A stretch of 64,000 bases of DNA from Podarcis tiliguerta. Taxonomy: Eukaryota. The stretch lies in NCBI GenBank assembly GCA_965153285.1, contig OZ229115.1; one strand, written 5' to 3'. This document shows positions 1 through 13,867 of this stretch, piece by piece; position 1 is the stretch's first letter; each line of letters begins with the position of its first letter. The notes under the pieces are model-generated. The model was not told the DNA's origin, searched no databases, and saw nothing but the letters and a program-made list of their open reading frames with translations. Both the position numbers and the translations under genes were made by a program.

Positions 1-1461
1 TCCGTAATGCCACCTACAACAGTAGGTTCTCTCAACTCTTTTGTCACCTGTCTCATTGTCTTTCTCTCTCTCTCTCTTTCTTTCTCTCTCTCTCTCCCCC
101 CCCCCCCATCCTCCATTCCTTCCTTCCGTCCTTCTAAAGCAGCTCCATTTTCTCACCATGAAGCATTAGGGTCTTCTGAACTCTACACAGAATGCTACTC
201 AACACCTTTGGCATTTTTTCAAATATTTTAAAAAGAACAACACACACCCAAGAGTGGGAGATATAAACCCATCGATGTATACAATGGAAGCCTATATGCC
301 ATTCTTTCTCAGCACTTGTCACATTCAAACAGTGCCACTAATTACCCAATGGATGGCACACAAAAAACCCTAATGAATCAGAGAGCCAGAGATTAAGAGT
401 TGTACTTTTGCCCATACCTAGAAAAGCACAATTAGAACTACTTAAAAGAAATTTGAGAACTAGCCTGCACTTGAATTTTAGGAATGAAGTTCATGTCACA
501 GTTAAGATAATGCAGTGCCTCATTCCTTCAGGGTTCTAAACTCTAGTATCTGTTGGCTCTCTGAAATAGTATACATTATCTATGTGGCTTTTTCTGAAAA
601 GATATGGAAAACATTCCACCCCATTTGGTTTGGCCAAGGCATTGTATACCTGTCTGGCTTCCCAAATATGTTGGCAACTTTTCAGTATAATCAAAAAGTC
701 TCAGCCAATTTTTGTGTGTGTGGAAGGCATTGAGAGGCACCTAGCCCATTTATGGGTTATAGCATTGGCACCACAGATGGACATTTTTGTGATGTTACTT
801 ACGTAAACCCACTCTCTGCAGAGAAAACAATTGGTTCCCCTCACCCCATTAAGGCAGTTTTGAGCTGCAAAACTGCTACTCTGCCAAAATAAAGCATTAC
901 AAAAACAATTAACTATGCACTAAGCTCTTGTTTTTCTTAATGTCTAATCTATCTGATTACAGGGCAACCATAGCCAGTTTGGGTGGGTATCTATCTTTTT
1001 GGTCCAGGTTATCTCAATTCTTTGTCATCTGCTGTCAAGTTTTTCCTAAAGAATACCTTTGCCATATGTCAGGCCTTTTAGAGAAGCATGAAATCCAACA
1101 CTAATGTGAATATAATTATTTGTTGGGGATTTAAAAAATGTTCCTCCAAGTGCACTTCATACCCCATGGTTTCTGAATAAATTCTTATGATAATGGTTTG
1201 GATTTAGCTGGCTTTTTTCCAAATAGGATCTGTGGCTATCCACTGGAAGCTCGAAGTGCCTTCAAACGAACTGTACTCAAACTTAATAGCACACAACTAT
1301 CTGGTATTATTGTTGCTCAGTCAAGAAATAGAACAGTCATCAGAAACAGTTCATGTGGCACACAAAACTTGTGTTTTATTTCATGTACAAAACTGCATTC
1401 TTTAGCATGAGATTTTATGCTTTTCTTCCCATTGTTCCCCACCCCTCTTTTTCTGAATTAG

Positions 1462-1673
1462 ACACAAAAGACTCCAAGGAAAAGAATAAAATGGAAATCC
1501 TCTATATATTGGTGCCAAGTGTTACAATTCCCCTGGCTATTGCCTTACTATTTTTCTTCATCTGTATTTGCCGCAACAACCAGAAGTCTTCTTCCCCTCC
1601 AGTGCAAAGGCAGCCTAAGCATGTCAGAGGACAGAACGTAGAGATGTCTATGCTGAATGCATATAAACCAAAG
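1462..1673 (+). CDS. ROR1: ROR1 penultimate coding exon (transmembrane and juxtamembrane region)
   Basis: Translates (D)TKDSKEKNKMEILYILVPSVTIPLAIALLFFFICICRNNQKSS...MLNAYKPK, nearly identical to recalled human ROR1. Flanked by acceptor ttctgaattag and donor AAG|gtattg. 212 nt, phase 1 to phase 0. Confidence 0.96.
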
Positions 1674-3097
1674 GTATTGTTGGTGAAATCCACTTTATAT
1701 GCCTATGTCATAAAAGAGAAATGTTTCCACTTAGTATTCTAGTTCAAAGAACCTTTGCTATTTTGGTCTCTTCCAGCTCTTTTGGGTGCAATAGTTTTCC
1801 TAATGATGTGTCAATCCCAGCTGACTGCATTTCACAAATACTAGTAGGACAATATTACAATTGTTTCCACTCCATAAAATATTCTTTCTTCTGTGAATAT
1901 AAAATTGTATTGAGTTTGGACATATGCTAACTGATTCAATAAAAACAAGAAATAAACCAAATTCCCAGTTTTGTACATGAGACTTAGGCTTTGTACATGA
2001 GACTAAATCCTGTACTCATTTACTTAAAGCTTACTCCTATTGGACTCGGTGAGACTTGCATGTGAGTGGCTATGTGTAAGATTGCACTGTTAGGCTGCCA
2101 TCCTAAGCACATTTACTACAGAGTAATCCCTAACTCAAGGCACTTGCTACATGCTTAGTATAATATCATAAATTGTGTCCGCTCTTGTCATTCATTTAAT
2201 AGAAGCAACTGATAGAGATAAAGTGTCCCCTGACAAATTTCCTTTGTACTTGGTTTATGTTGGCATAGTGCCTCATATGTGTTTTACACTTCTTTGCATT
2301 TTGTACACCACCATATGACAAATACCTGTCAAACAAAAACTAAGCAGATTTATAACTGCTTAACTTAAAATGAACCCCTTTCCTGCCAAAACTTTATGAC
2401 TTCATTTTCTTTCATACTTTTCCACTAGGTTGGTTAAAACAGACAATCCTGCATGAGGTCAGACAGAGGTCATTTCACTTTCATTACTAAAATATAATTT
2501 ACAATATGCCAGACCTAAACAAGTTTTAGCCTAAAGGATTTGTATAATATAAACCATCTGTGTCTCAACAATACAGCTAATTTCCTGCCATCACTGCACA
2601 GTCAACTGGCTGCTTGTTTAAATGCCTCTGCAATATATTAATTCACACAGTATTTATCTAAAATTTGTAAATGGTTAGGAAAATTAGAATTCAGTCCTGA
2701 GTGTCACTTTCAAATGATAATAAAGTGCATTGGGGCTTTCTGCTCCTCCCCTTTTCTTTTTCTTCTTTTGTTTGCAATACTGCTTTGGCAAAATTGGAGT
2801 GAGAGTAGCAAGGATCTTAAGTAAAGGAAAACTTAATTTCCGAAAGGTCCTGAACATTGAGTTCCCCACTCAATTACTGTCACCTACTTCATGAATGGAA
2901 ACATTGAAGTTCACATGCTTTATGACGGAATTATTTTTAACTCTGTATCTATAAAGTAAAGAAATGGGAAGGGGTGTCTTGAAAACCACTGCAGCACCAC
3001 TCTTGTTATAGTATCCTCCTACAGTATCAGACATATGGCACTGAGATTTTAGCCATCATCCAAATTAATTGTTGACATGTCGTCTTCTTTCTAACAG

Positions 3098-4522
3098 AGC
3101 AAAGCCAAAGAGCTGCCTCTATCTGCTGTCCGTTTTATGGAAGAGTTGGGTGAATGTGCCTTTGGCAAAATCTACAAGGGACACCTTTATCTACCAGGCA
3201 TGGACCATGCTCAGCTGGTTGCAATTAAGACCCTAAAGGACTGCAACAATCCACAACAGTGGGCAGAGTTCCAGCAGGAAGCCTCTCTGATGGCAGAACT
3301 GCATCATCCCAACATCGTTTGCCTTCTTGGCGTTGTGACTCAGGAGCAGCCAGTCTGCATGCTTTTTGAGTACATGAATCAAGGGGACCTGCATGAATTT
3401 CTTATAATGCGATCACCACATTCAGATGTTGGGTGCAGCAGTGATGAGGATGGTACTGTAAAATCTAGCTTAGATCATGGAGATTTTCTGCATGTAGCAG
3501 TTCAGATTGCAGCAGGGATGGAATACTTATCAAGTCATTTTTTTGTTCACAAGGATCTAGCTGCTCGAAATATTTTAATTGGAGAACAACTTCATGTGAA
3601 GATTTCTGATTTGGGACTGTCAAGAGAAATCTACTCTGCAGATTATTTCAGAGTTCAAAACAAGTCCCTCTTACCCATTCGTTGGATGCCCCCAGAGGCA
3701 ATTCTGTATGGCAAATTCTCTTCCGATTCAGACATCTGGTCCTTTGGTGTTGTCCTGTGGGAGATTTTCAGCTTTGGTCTCCAGCCCTATTATGGATTTA
3801 GTAACCAAGAGGTCATAGAAATGGTTAGGAAGCGACAACTTTTGCCATGCTCTGAAGACTGCCCTCCCAGAATGTACAGCTTAATGACCGAATGTTGGCA
3901 TGAGCTGCCATCTCGGAGACCAAGGTTTAAAGATATCCATGCCAGGCTGCGTTCTTGGGAGGGGCTGTCAAGTCACACTAGTTCTACTACTCCTTCTGGT
4001 GGAAATGCTACCACTCAGACAACTTCTCTCAGTGCAAGCCCAGTTAGCAACCTGAGTAACCCTAGGTACCCTAACTACATGTTTCCAGCACAGGGTATAC
4101 CACAAGGCCAAATTGCTGGATTTATTGGCCCACCAATACCTCAAAACCAGCGATTTATTCCTTTAAATGGATATCCAATTCCTCCTGGATATGCTGCTTT
4201 CCCAGCTGCTCACTACCAGCCTGCAGGCCCACCCAGAGTAATTCAGCACTGTCCTCCACCAAAGAGTCGTTCGCCAAGTAGTGCAAGTGGATCAACCAGT
4301 ACCGGCCACGTGACTAGCTTACCCTCTTCAGGATCTAATCAGGATGCAAATATTCCTTTGCTGTCTCATATGTCTATGCAGAGTCATCCAAGTGGGATTA
4401 GTATAACCGTTTTTGGAAACAAAACTCAAAAACCCTACAAAATTGACTCCAAACAGACATCTCTATTAGGAGATTCCAGTATTCATGGACATAATGAGAC
4501 CGTGATTTCAGCAGAGATGTAA
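3098..4522 (+). CDS. ROR1: ROR1 last coding exon: tyrosine pseudokinase domain plus Ser/Thr-rich and Pro-rich tail
   Basis: Acceptor ctttctaacag|AGC gives [13 protein letters not shown] in frame with ORF 3137-4522. Motifs [18 protein letters not shown] and DLG are the ROR1 pseudokinase signature. Ends ISAEM-stop. Confidence 0.98.
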   Translation, partial: SKAKELPLSAVRFMEELGECAFGKIYKGHLYLPGMDHAQLVAIKTLKDCNNPQQWAEFQQEASLMAELHHPNIVCLLGVVTQEQPVCMLFEYMNQGDLHEFLIMRSPHSDVGCSSDEDGTVKSSLDHGDFLHVAVQIAAGMEYLSSHFFVHKDLAARNILIGEQLHVKISDLGLSREIYSADYFRVQNKSLLPIRWMPPEAILYGKFSSDSDIWSFGVVLWEIFSFGLQPYYGFSNQEVIEMVRKRQLLPCSEDCPPRMYSLMTECWHELPSRRPRFKDIHARLRSWEGLSSHTSSTTPSGGNATTQTTSLSASPVSNLSNPRYPNYMFPAQGIPQGQIAGFIGPPIPQNQRFIPLNGYPIPPGYAAFPAAHYQPAGPPRVIQHCPPPKSRSPSSASGSTSTGHVTSLPSSGSNQDANIPLLSHMSMQSHPSGISITVFGNKTQKPYKIDSKQTSLLGDSSIHGHNETVISAEM

Positions 4523-6200
4523 ATAAACAAGACTTTTGTAAATAAACCTATTTACAATATGGAATATAGAACGTTTTTAGAGGAGATTTATATTCAAATA
4601 TTTTATTGGAGATTCTTCTGGCTGTATAAAGAGATATTTGCAATAAGTATCTTCTGTGAAGTTTATTTGTGCTTAACAGGATAAAGAGGTGCCAACCGTA
4701 TTTTTCAAAAATGGAGTTTACACTCAATATCTTGGGTGAACCCTTATTTTACAGCTACCAAGGAGAAAGAAATTTGTGTGTGAGAGAGTGAGTGAAAAAG
4801 AAACTTAACTGTGATATGTTTTATTTAATCACAGTTCCTTAAACCAAGTAATTTCTGTCTCAGCAATCTTATTATTCTAAACCCATTTTAATATTGGTCA
4901 CTTTTATGAATGAACGTGGTTAAGACAAATGTTGAGGACGATTAAGTACACTCCTGTAGAATGGAAGTTGTACTCTTTTTTGGTCTAATGTGGTTTGAGG
5001 GCACCACAAGACACAAGTACCTGATCCAGTGATAGGGTGAAACCAAACACAGTGATAAATTTGCTTGTATTTCATTCTAATGGCACACATTGGGCATTGA
5101 CTTTTATTATTTCCCCCCCTTTAAACAGCATCCACAAATCAGAAGTGTAGTGGATGTGCAATATATTATCAAAACGACAATTCCTTTTTATACAAGAATT
5201 TTGTTCAGACATATTCAGTTTTGAGTATGTAAACAGTTTCTGTCTAGTGATACATCTAAGCTCATGCATAAACTAGGACAAGCAATAGAACCCTCTTGGA
5301 ACTGCATACGATAAGTGAGTGAAAATTATACTTCTTGACGTTATATCTGTAGTTGCAATAGAATTTTTGTATCCCTTTGTTGCTATGCAACCCTTTAATT
5401 AAAGAAAACTCTAAATTCTTATTTTATAACAGACAATCAGTTTTCCCAAGAATATTTATTACTTCAAGTAAAATAAATAGCTTTTGTAGTGATAACCCTG
5501 AAATGGGAAGCCTACATTCCATCAGTTGTACACAACAATTTTTTAGAAATTTTCTATGATAACTTTTGTATGTCATTTCAAATAATGTGAATTAGAATTA
5601 ACTTTTTACTAGAAAATTGCATTTTTATTACTGAATTTTATTCAGGTGTAATCAATCTGGATTATTTTGAAACCACTGTAATGTTTGAAAAAATACTGTG
5701 TAAATTACAACCTCTCAGACTTTTTTATTAAAATAATTTTTGTATGGATTATATACACAAATCTTTCAGACACTTGACAGTACTTTTTTTCAAAATCTTT
5801 TGCACAAAAATGTTGTCTTTGTATAGCAGAAGTGAAAAATACATCCTGCTTTTTATTTCTTGTCTGTTTCTCATTTTTTAACTACGTGGATATGCCTTTA
5901 AAATATACAAGGTGACATTTAGACAATGTTTTAATACATATTTTGTTTTCATTGCATGCATTTGATTACTGTATTACTTTATTAATCTACTCATTGAGGA
6001 TGTTGCACTAAGGTAAGCATGTAAACGTAGCAACACAGACTACTTTATGCAGAAGCTAAGTGCATTTTTGTATTTCAGACACAACCAGAGTGATATTAAA
6101 CTCTGATTATTATATGCTGCTGGATATTAAAACATGGTATTAAAGAAGAACATGCATATTTTCGGAATGATAATCAATGTTCTGAAAATCTCAGATGAAT
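4523..6200 (+). other. ROR1: Probable ROR1 3' UTR (end uncertain)
   Basis: AT/U-rich stretch with no recognised repeats after the stop, containing several AATAAA/ATTAAA hexamers. The true polyA site cannot be determined from sequence. Confidence 0.45.
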
Positions 6201-7589
6201 TAAGCGCCACATCCTGCTAGCCTTCCTTATACAATAAGTCAATTGAGACTATTGTTATTAGTCATTTGAGACTATTGTTAACCATCATCCATCGCCAAAC
6301 TGTCCCCAGATCAATCTCACAAAGTGGGCTATTTTATGTTTTTCTGTGTACTGCTTACTTTCTACAAACTGCTTTTGAAAATTTCCCCTTCATTTTACAG
6401 AGTTATTTGCCGTGCAATGAAGTAAAGAGACAACTGTCTGAGGAAAAACAATTCAAAAGCCCCTCCCCCGGGCTCTTCTATTACTATTATTATTACTATT
6501 CTAGTCACTATTGCTAAAGAGATCAAAAGTTCTCATGAGATGTATTCTGAATGACAAGCCAAATTGCATATATTTTAATTTGTGGATGCTTTAAGCATCT
6601 TCAAAATACAAGCCAATTGTGTGTCTGTTAAATATAGAATATTGGCAGTGAAAACCATGCACTGAGGAAAAACTGAGCCAGTTGTCTTGCGCAATAGAAA
6701 AAATCGTTAATGCCAACTATCAAATCTTTTTCTTCTTGCACAAGGTACAGGTTGTGTGCTTTTTTTTAAAAAACCCACTTAAATAGGAACAGGAATTCAC
6801 AAAGGAGCTAATGAAGACAAGAAAGCAGTTCAACACTATCAATTGGATAATATGGGTGAAGCTTGAGAGATGCAAATGTAAGTTCAGAAAAACAGCAATA
6901 TTAAAGGACAAAATCCTGTCTAATCCTGCTAACAGAAAAAAGCACCTAATTTAAAGGTTACCTCACACAGTTTAATAGTTTCATTACCTTTCACAAAGAT
7001 TCAATAGAGGGGCACTTTTACAAAGCAAGCATCACAGCTGGAACTGGGAATTGCCCTGCAGTGAGTTAAGGACTGAAGATAAATATATGACAATGAACGT
7101 GACAGGTCTGAATACTGCATGGTTCTTGGATCTGACAAACCAGCAAAATAGGATTTTATTTTTGAAATACATGCAAGAAGACTTGTACACTTACTGACCA
7201 AATCTCTTGCTGGACCTGGAGCCATACTTGTACCCAGTTCTGCATTCATGCATTCAATGGGGTAAACAAGGACGGGGCATCTGTGGGTGTAGCTTGACAT
7301 CAACTCCCATCACTGTTCACCATGGTCATGCTGGCTGGTGGGAGCTGGACTCTAGCAACGTGAGGGCCACAAGTTAGTTACAATTATGAGTTCTCACATA
7401 TGTTGTTAGTTGCTCAAGAAAAGAATTCATGCAGTGAGTAGAATTAAGTTTGGATGGTCAACCATGAAGCTAACTGGGTGACCTTTCACAAGTCACTATA
7501 TTATCAGCCCAGTCACTATACGATGCAGTTGTGCCCCAAGGAACAATGAGGCTGCTAGCAATAAAATTGAGGACACTATGGCCACATTC

Positions 7590-7950
7590 AGGTGCAACAC
7601 GGAGCCATAGGCTATGGCTAAGCAAATTATGCTGTGTACAAGCTATGTGCTGGGGCTTGCAGCTCAAAGTCTCCCACATTGCACTTCTTTTCCTCCAGTG
7701 AGCAAACAAACCACAGAGTGGCTAGTGTTAACTACCTCTGACCCAACACTTGTGGTTTGTTTAGCTCCAAGCAAACCACAATCTAAAGCCAAATCTCAAT
7801 TGTAACTTGTTTGGGAGAAACAATTCCTGGGCCAGCCACTAATGCTAAGCCAGCCACTACATGGTTTGTTTGCTCACTGGAGGAATGAACAAAATGGAAG
7901 CTGTATGCACAGGCTCTTTTGCTTAATCAGGGCTTATGGCTTGATGTTAC
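7590..7950. mobile_element. Old palindromic MITE
   Basis: CCTCCAGTGAGCAAACAAACCA (about 7692-7713) recurs inverted as TGGTTTGTTTGCTCACTGGAGG (about 7862-7883). Outer arms are degenerate. Confidence 0.55.
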
Positions 7951-10900
7951 ATACACAGTGAAACAGTGCATTCCAAAACTCATGGGTATGTGTGAACAGC
8001 ATGCTCACTAGTAACAACTTCACTAACTGCACATTTATTTTGGCAGGCTGTTTCTTCACATAGCTCAGCTGGATCACCGCACTGACTAACCAACTAACAC
8101 ATGAACCAGAAAGTCATTGAGAGTGTGGACTTCAGCCTAGAGCAGGGATAGCCAGTATTGTTGGGCTGTAACTCCCAACATCCCTGACCATTGACCATAT
8201 TGGCTAAGACTGGCTGAGGTGAATTTGACGATTTCCAGAGTGTACTATGTGGGTTGTGCAAATACTATTAATTGTTTGGCTCAGTGGTATTCCACTTTTA
8301 TCAACCATTTCAGCTTTGCAAGCTGGTTAAGGAAACTCTTCAAGAAAGTGTCAGAAACAATGAACAAATACAATACTTAAAGAGCCTATTTAGAACATAC
8401 GTGTGATGCCCAGAGCAAGAAAAAATAATAAAACACTGTGTGCACATTTACCCACCCCCCCTTTCCAAATACGGTATTTCCCTCCATCAACAGGAAATAA
8501 AGCAGTCACATTCTCTTACATTACACATGCAAAGCACTGCTACAGCATAAAGATTTAATGATATTGGAGACTGATTATGCAGCTCTTACTCATAAAACCA
8601 CATCCATCGATTCTCAGAAAAGGTCTGTCTTCTGGCTGGATCTTCAATCGCTAAGGATCATCACTCACCAAAACACCAGTCTCTCTGTGGGCCTACAAAC
8701 CCTTTGACTTCACAATGGGGCAGCTGCAACTTTCTGCAATAATTTTTATAACCATATTTTTATGAGGGTAGATGATTCATTCAGCCGATATACCCCAATC
8801 ATATTCTTGTTTGAGCTTGAAAAAGTAAGAACATTTATATTGCTGAGGTAGTATATAATGCTGAAAACACAAGACACTACATATTGAGACTATGTATTGA
8901 ATTGGTCTCTGTGAAGAACAACCTTGAATCATCAAAATAATCTTTATGTCCGCAGTGGGACAACTGATTTCAAACCAATTTCATTTCTGAGTGGAATTGT
9001 CCATTTTATTCCAGTAGTGCTAAATATGCATGTGTTTAGAAGCAGGATTTCAACTGTTCTGACAGATTACAGTTGAATTGCATCTAGGGGTGTGCATATG
9101 TTTTGTGATGAATGGAAAACTAAACAACTAGTGGTCCAGTTCACATTTATCCCAATGCTCAGAGGATGAAACATGGAAGAATGGAAGCACTGTTAAAGGT
9201 TTTCAGTGGGTGGGGATTACATGTTTTTGCTGGCAGCAGAGCAGAAAAGCAGTAGCTGCTCTTGGCAGCCACCCATCTCCCCAGAAGCTTCCAACACAGG
9301 GTAATTCTGGGATACCTGGGAAGATAAAGTGGCATCAGCTGCAGCAACTATCACATTTTCCATTGGTAGCTACTAATTTTTGCTGAAAATGCAACGGAAT
9401 GATGTTGCATGATGACATCTGAGGGGTTAGGTGGTGGCTTCCAATATCTGCTCGAGTGTAGCAATGGACAAAATAAATAGATAAATAAAAAAAAGGGGGA
9501 AGGGGAAATTTCAATGGAGATTTGAAACTATACTGAATAACAAAATGAGCACATGAAGGAAACGCAAAACAAATGCAATTTCAATGAAAGAAATGTGAGA
9601 TGAAGAAAGCTTTTACATACAAAATCAAATGCAATCCCCCCAAACAAACACAAGAGCTGTTGCACACACAGCTGTGCTAAGGGTTGGTGAGATAAAATAT
9701 AATCTTTACATGAATCTGGATGTGAATTAACAAGGGACCTTTAAAGTAGAGGAATCCAGCAGAACAATTTATGTTCCTGTTTGAATCCTGAGAGAGTCCT
9801 CTGAACAGCAACTGCAGAATATTTGAAATATTAGGTGTCCAGAAAAAAGTCTGAATTCATTTTCATTTCTCCATCTTTGCTTTTCAAAAAAGCTTGTCTA
9901 CCACAGAACAGCATGCAGGATCTTGCCACTGATGTGGGAGTATAACCACCATGAGATATAGAGGATATAGATATATACTAGATCTATAAAAGCAAGCTCA
10001 TGCAGGTGGGGATATCTGCAAAATAAGTCTGTTGCAAAATTAATCCCAGGAGTTTTATATTTGCTTAGGCCCTGTGACAACATCTTGTTTTTTGAATTGT
10101 TGGCCTCTTCCCCACCCCCACCCTGTGTAGTTGTACTCTGTCCATACCTCTCCCCAAAGTATTTTATATCCAGAATCTGGCTGTTATATGATTTAGCTTC
10201 AGAATTTGGATCCTTTTCCTTATCTGGAAATTGCATCCAGATTTCATCACAGCCCCATGGAAATAAAGCATCCGCGTTCTGGTGCTGCATTTGCAAAAAA
10301 TGCTTTTAAAGCAGAAAGGCCGTGGTGTTGAGAACATAGTTTTGCAAATGTTACTGGCACATACCGACTTTAATTACTTTAATTAATGGCCAGTAGAATG
10401 ATTTAAAGAAGCAAGTCTTACAGGAGTAGTTTTATCTTGTTTTATGACTAATACTACATCCCCTTTAGGGTAGAGATGACACACTTGTATCCAAACATTT
10501 CATTCAACATTAGCTTACAACAAAAACTACAATAAACTGCTAAGCGAGGGAAATCATAGCAAGGATGAAATGTGAAAGCTTTTGAAAACTGGGGGAAGGC
10601 CACAAGTTATAAACTTTAAATTGGCCAGTGGCCCATACCAAAAATGCAGTTGTGCATGCTTTGACACTCTGTCACAACACAGGTATAAATATTTTACCTT
10701 ACACCAATACATGTGCTTGTATTCTCTCAGGTGTGTTTTTAATCAGCTCAAGGCTCAAACGCACAACACAAGTACTCTCACGCACACACAACACGCACAC
10801 ACACTTCCATGTTCAACAAGGCGCAACAGAGTGGAGATGAAAGTTTCTATTCCTCGACTACAGATGTGCAAAAATACCCCAGAAAGCATAGAGCATCTTG

Positions 10901-11068
10901 CCCATCTCTTCCTCGGGTCATCTATGTGTGGGAAAGCCATGGTGAGTCAGTTGCACTTTTGCCTCCTCTGCCATTTTGCCCTCGTGTGTTGATTTCCACC
11001 ATGAAGCTCTGGACCAGATTTAAGTTTGCTGAGGCCCTAAGCTACTGAAGGTAATGGGGCCCTTTATA

Positions 11069-11310
11069 CAATGGTACCTCGGGTTAAGCACTTAATTCGT
11101 TCCGGAGGCCTGTTCTTAACCTGAAACTGTTCTTAACCTGAAGCACCACTTTAGCTAATGGGGCCTCCTGCTGTTGCCGGACTGCCAGAGCACAATTTCT
11201 GTTCTCATCCTGAAGCAACGTTCTTAACCTGAGGTACTATTTCTGGGTTAGTGGAGTCTGTAACCTGAAGCCTATGTAACCTGAAGCATATGTTACTGAA
11301 GGTACCACTG
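11069..11310. mobile_element. Tc1/mariner (Tigger/pogo-like) MITE nested in an older non-autonomous DNA element (about 11009-11684)
   Basis: TIR CA(G/A)TGGTACCT and TA TSD. The host element, with GGGGCCC motifs and end TAAATCCAGCACTG, continues on both sides. Confidence 0.85.
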
Positions 11311-11768
11311 TATGTCCAGCTGTCCTTTGTCAACAACAAATTGTCGCTGTTTTTTGTGTTGAATATATGCTATATGGTAATTTATGGACCTAATAGGTAT
11401 CTAAAGCCATTTGCACATGGAGAATGTAGGCACCCTATATACAGAAACGAGCAAACCAGTTTTATATTAGGCAGCATGCTAGCAGGAGGGGCCCATGACT
11501 TACATCATAGGCGCCTACACAACACAAAAAAACACTGTTGCTGTATGTAGGTTTTATTTTGTTTTTTATCTTATATTTTGGAAATGTACGTCCAGGTTTT
11601 TCCCCCTTTAATTTTTTTGGGGGGGCCCAAGAGAATGGGGCCCTAAGATATAGCTTGTTTAGCTTATACATAAATCCAGCACTGACTTCCAGACAAACCC
11701 ACACCTGGGAACTGTACCAGGACTTGCTCTGAGGCACCAAGCCTGCTCTTGATGAGCTGGACCTTAAC

Positions 11769-11903
11769 CATAGAATCATAGAGTTGGAAGAGACCACAAG
11801 GGCCATCGAGTCCAACCCCCTGCCAAGCAGGAAACACCATCAGAGCACTCCTATAGAATCAGAGAATCATAGAGTTGGAAGAGACCACAAGGGCCAACCC
11901 CCT
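11769..11903 (-). mobile_element. Two tandem very short CR1 3' ends
   Basis: CATAGAGTTGGAAGAGACCACAAGGGCCA occurs twice, each preceded by ATAGAATC-type repeats. Same family as the 40218 copy. Confidence 0.85.
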
Positions 11904-12163
11904 TGGCTCCTCCTCCTGCAATCTGTGCTTCAGCCCCACAGCAGGCGTCTGAGGGATGTGGCCAAGGGGGTTGGTAAGGGAATGGCATGGGCTGCTTAGC
12001 CCCTTCGTTTTGCCTCCACGCCCCATAGCATTTTTAAGCACTTGCTTCCCCGCCCTTACTTTTTTGAACACTTGCTGCGTTTGGAGAGCCTCCCCGCTTC
12101 TGTAATCTGATCCCAGCAGAAGTTGAAGAACTGTAGTTTCAAGGTCTGGATGAAAGCCTTCTT

Positions 12164-12272
12164 CTGATTGGAGGTAGGACAAAAGAGCAAACAAAGGCTT
12201 GTCCTGATTGGTTGGGCGAGGGAAAACTAATGAACCAAGCCGAGGGAAGGCACGCTGCTGTTGCTAGGTTAC
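12164..12272 (+). promoter_or_regulatory. Putative UBE2U promoter: two reverse CCAAT boxes plus an RFX X-box
   Basis: CTGATTGG at 12164-12171 and 12204-12211. GTTGCTAGGTTAC at 12260-12272 (reverse complement GTAACCTAGCAAC). Local CpG enrichment, about 350 bp upstream of the UBE2U ATG. Confidence 0.55.
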
Positions 12273-12614
12273 ACTCCGTACACAGAGTATGGCCTAGTTC
12301 TTGCTCTGCCTTTGTAGTTTCCCCTGCCTATGGGTGCTATCTATGCCAGTAGCTGACCTTATATCTAAGAATAAGAAATGGATCAGGGTTGACTTCTTTG
12401 CTCTGCTGTCTGTCTGTCTTAAAAAAAAAATTAAAAAAATTAAAAAATTGCCGCTTAAAAGCTCTTCTATATCAGGATTGCTCTGCCAGGGTAACTTTGT
12501 GTTGGCAAATCACAGCTCAATTCAATTCAACAGTTTGAAAAGGCAAAATGTTCTAACCTTTTATTTTTGTGGTCTTTAGGACAGATTCTGTGGGAGAACA
12601 TGAGTACTATGAAT

Positions 12615-12680
12615 ATGCACTCGAGAGCTTACTTGTTGCTGGAAAGAGAGTTTATAGAACATGAAGAAGCCAAGATCTTT
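12615..12680 (+). CDS. UBE2U: UBE2U coding exon 1 (MHSRAYLLLEREFIEHEEAKIF)
   Basis: Matches recalled human UBE2U N-terminus MHGRAYLLLHRDF. Donor TTT|gtgagt. In-frame upstream ATGs at 12600 and 12609 could extend it. Acceptor-like tttag at 12575-12579 upstream. Confidence 0.88.
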
Positions 12681-13867
12681 GTGAGTACAGCTGGATTCCC
12701 AGCCCCCACCCCCTACAACTTTGTTTACAGTGGTCAAGATCAAGACTGAAGTATAACACTGTATCCATCATCATTATAACCCTCCTCATCATTAATAAAG
12801 GATGTAATGTCTCCTCTCTACTGTTCCATAAATCAAGATGATGATGATGATGATGATTATTATTTTAATGTTACACATGGTAAGTGATGTTGAAGAGCCT
12901 AACTGGATGAAGTGGGCTAGAAATATTCTAAATAAAAAACAGAGGTGGGGCAGTTTATTATGATTCTTTTTTAAAATGAATTGTGCATTGATTTTGTAAC
13001 CAAATGATGAAAAATGCTTCTGACTCGGATCCTAACTGATCCTCTGCGTATAGAGGATTCTTCCATTTGTAGAGGTGAGAAGGATCTAGTAGACATTCCC
13101 ACTGATAACATCTTTTTGCCAATTTCTCCTTCCTATACTGCCACATATGGTGGTTCAAAGAGTCCTCCAATTCCCTAGAACAGTTTTTTGAGGGGCAAAG
13201 GGGCTCCAGGGAGAAGAAATGAGGTCAATTAAAGTCACCTCCTCATTTCTGCTGGCTCACAGGATGCTCCTACCTGCAGAACTTGAGCTTCTGACCCATC
13301 TCCCCCTTTGCTCTGAAAAAGACCTAACTTTCTTCCTCATACTTCTTGAAATGCTGGGAATTAGTTTACTACCATCTCAAAGCTTCTCTGCTAAAGTGCT
13401 TAGGATGGTGCATAATAGACCAGCCCTTCCTTCCCCATTTCCTAAGAATAAGGTTGCCATCTTAAAAAACTTCACGACAGGCAGAAACCTTACCGGTACA
13501 GCCTTTTGCAGCACAGCAGTGGGATGGTGAGGAATGTTTTGCCTGTTGATCCTCTGCACTGTGGTCACTCAGCAGTTAAAAACACAGGAGAGCTAACCTG
13601 TGCCAACCCCAAGTGAAAAAGCCATAGAGTGACCCTTCTGCCATGTAGAGGTTTTCCAGCAATGCCAGAGCAGTAGCAGCCACCTAGCCTTCCTTTGTGT
13701 GGGGACAACTTACAATACAGGGACAACTAACCTTTCTCAGCTTAAGGGCTGCATTTCCAGGGGGTTCATGTCAGTGGTAAGAGGAGACAGAGGCAAAAGT
13801 GTACAGAATACACCTCTCCCTCCTTCCCTCCACCTCTCTCCTCCAGGCAAGCAAGAGGCATTATTAC

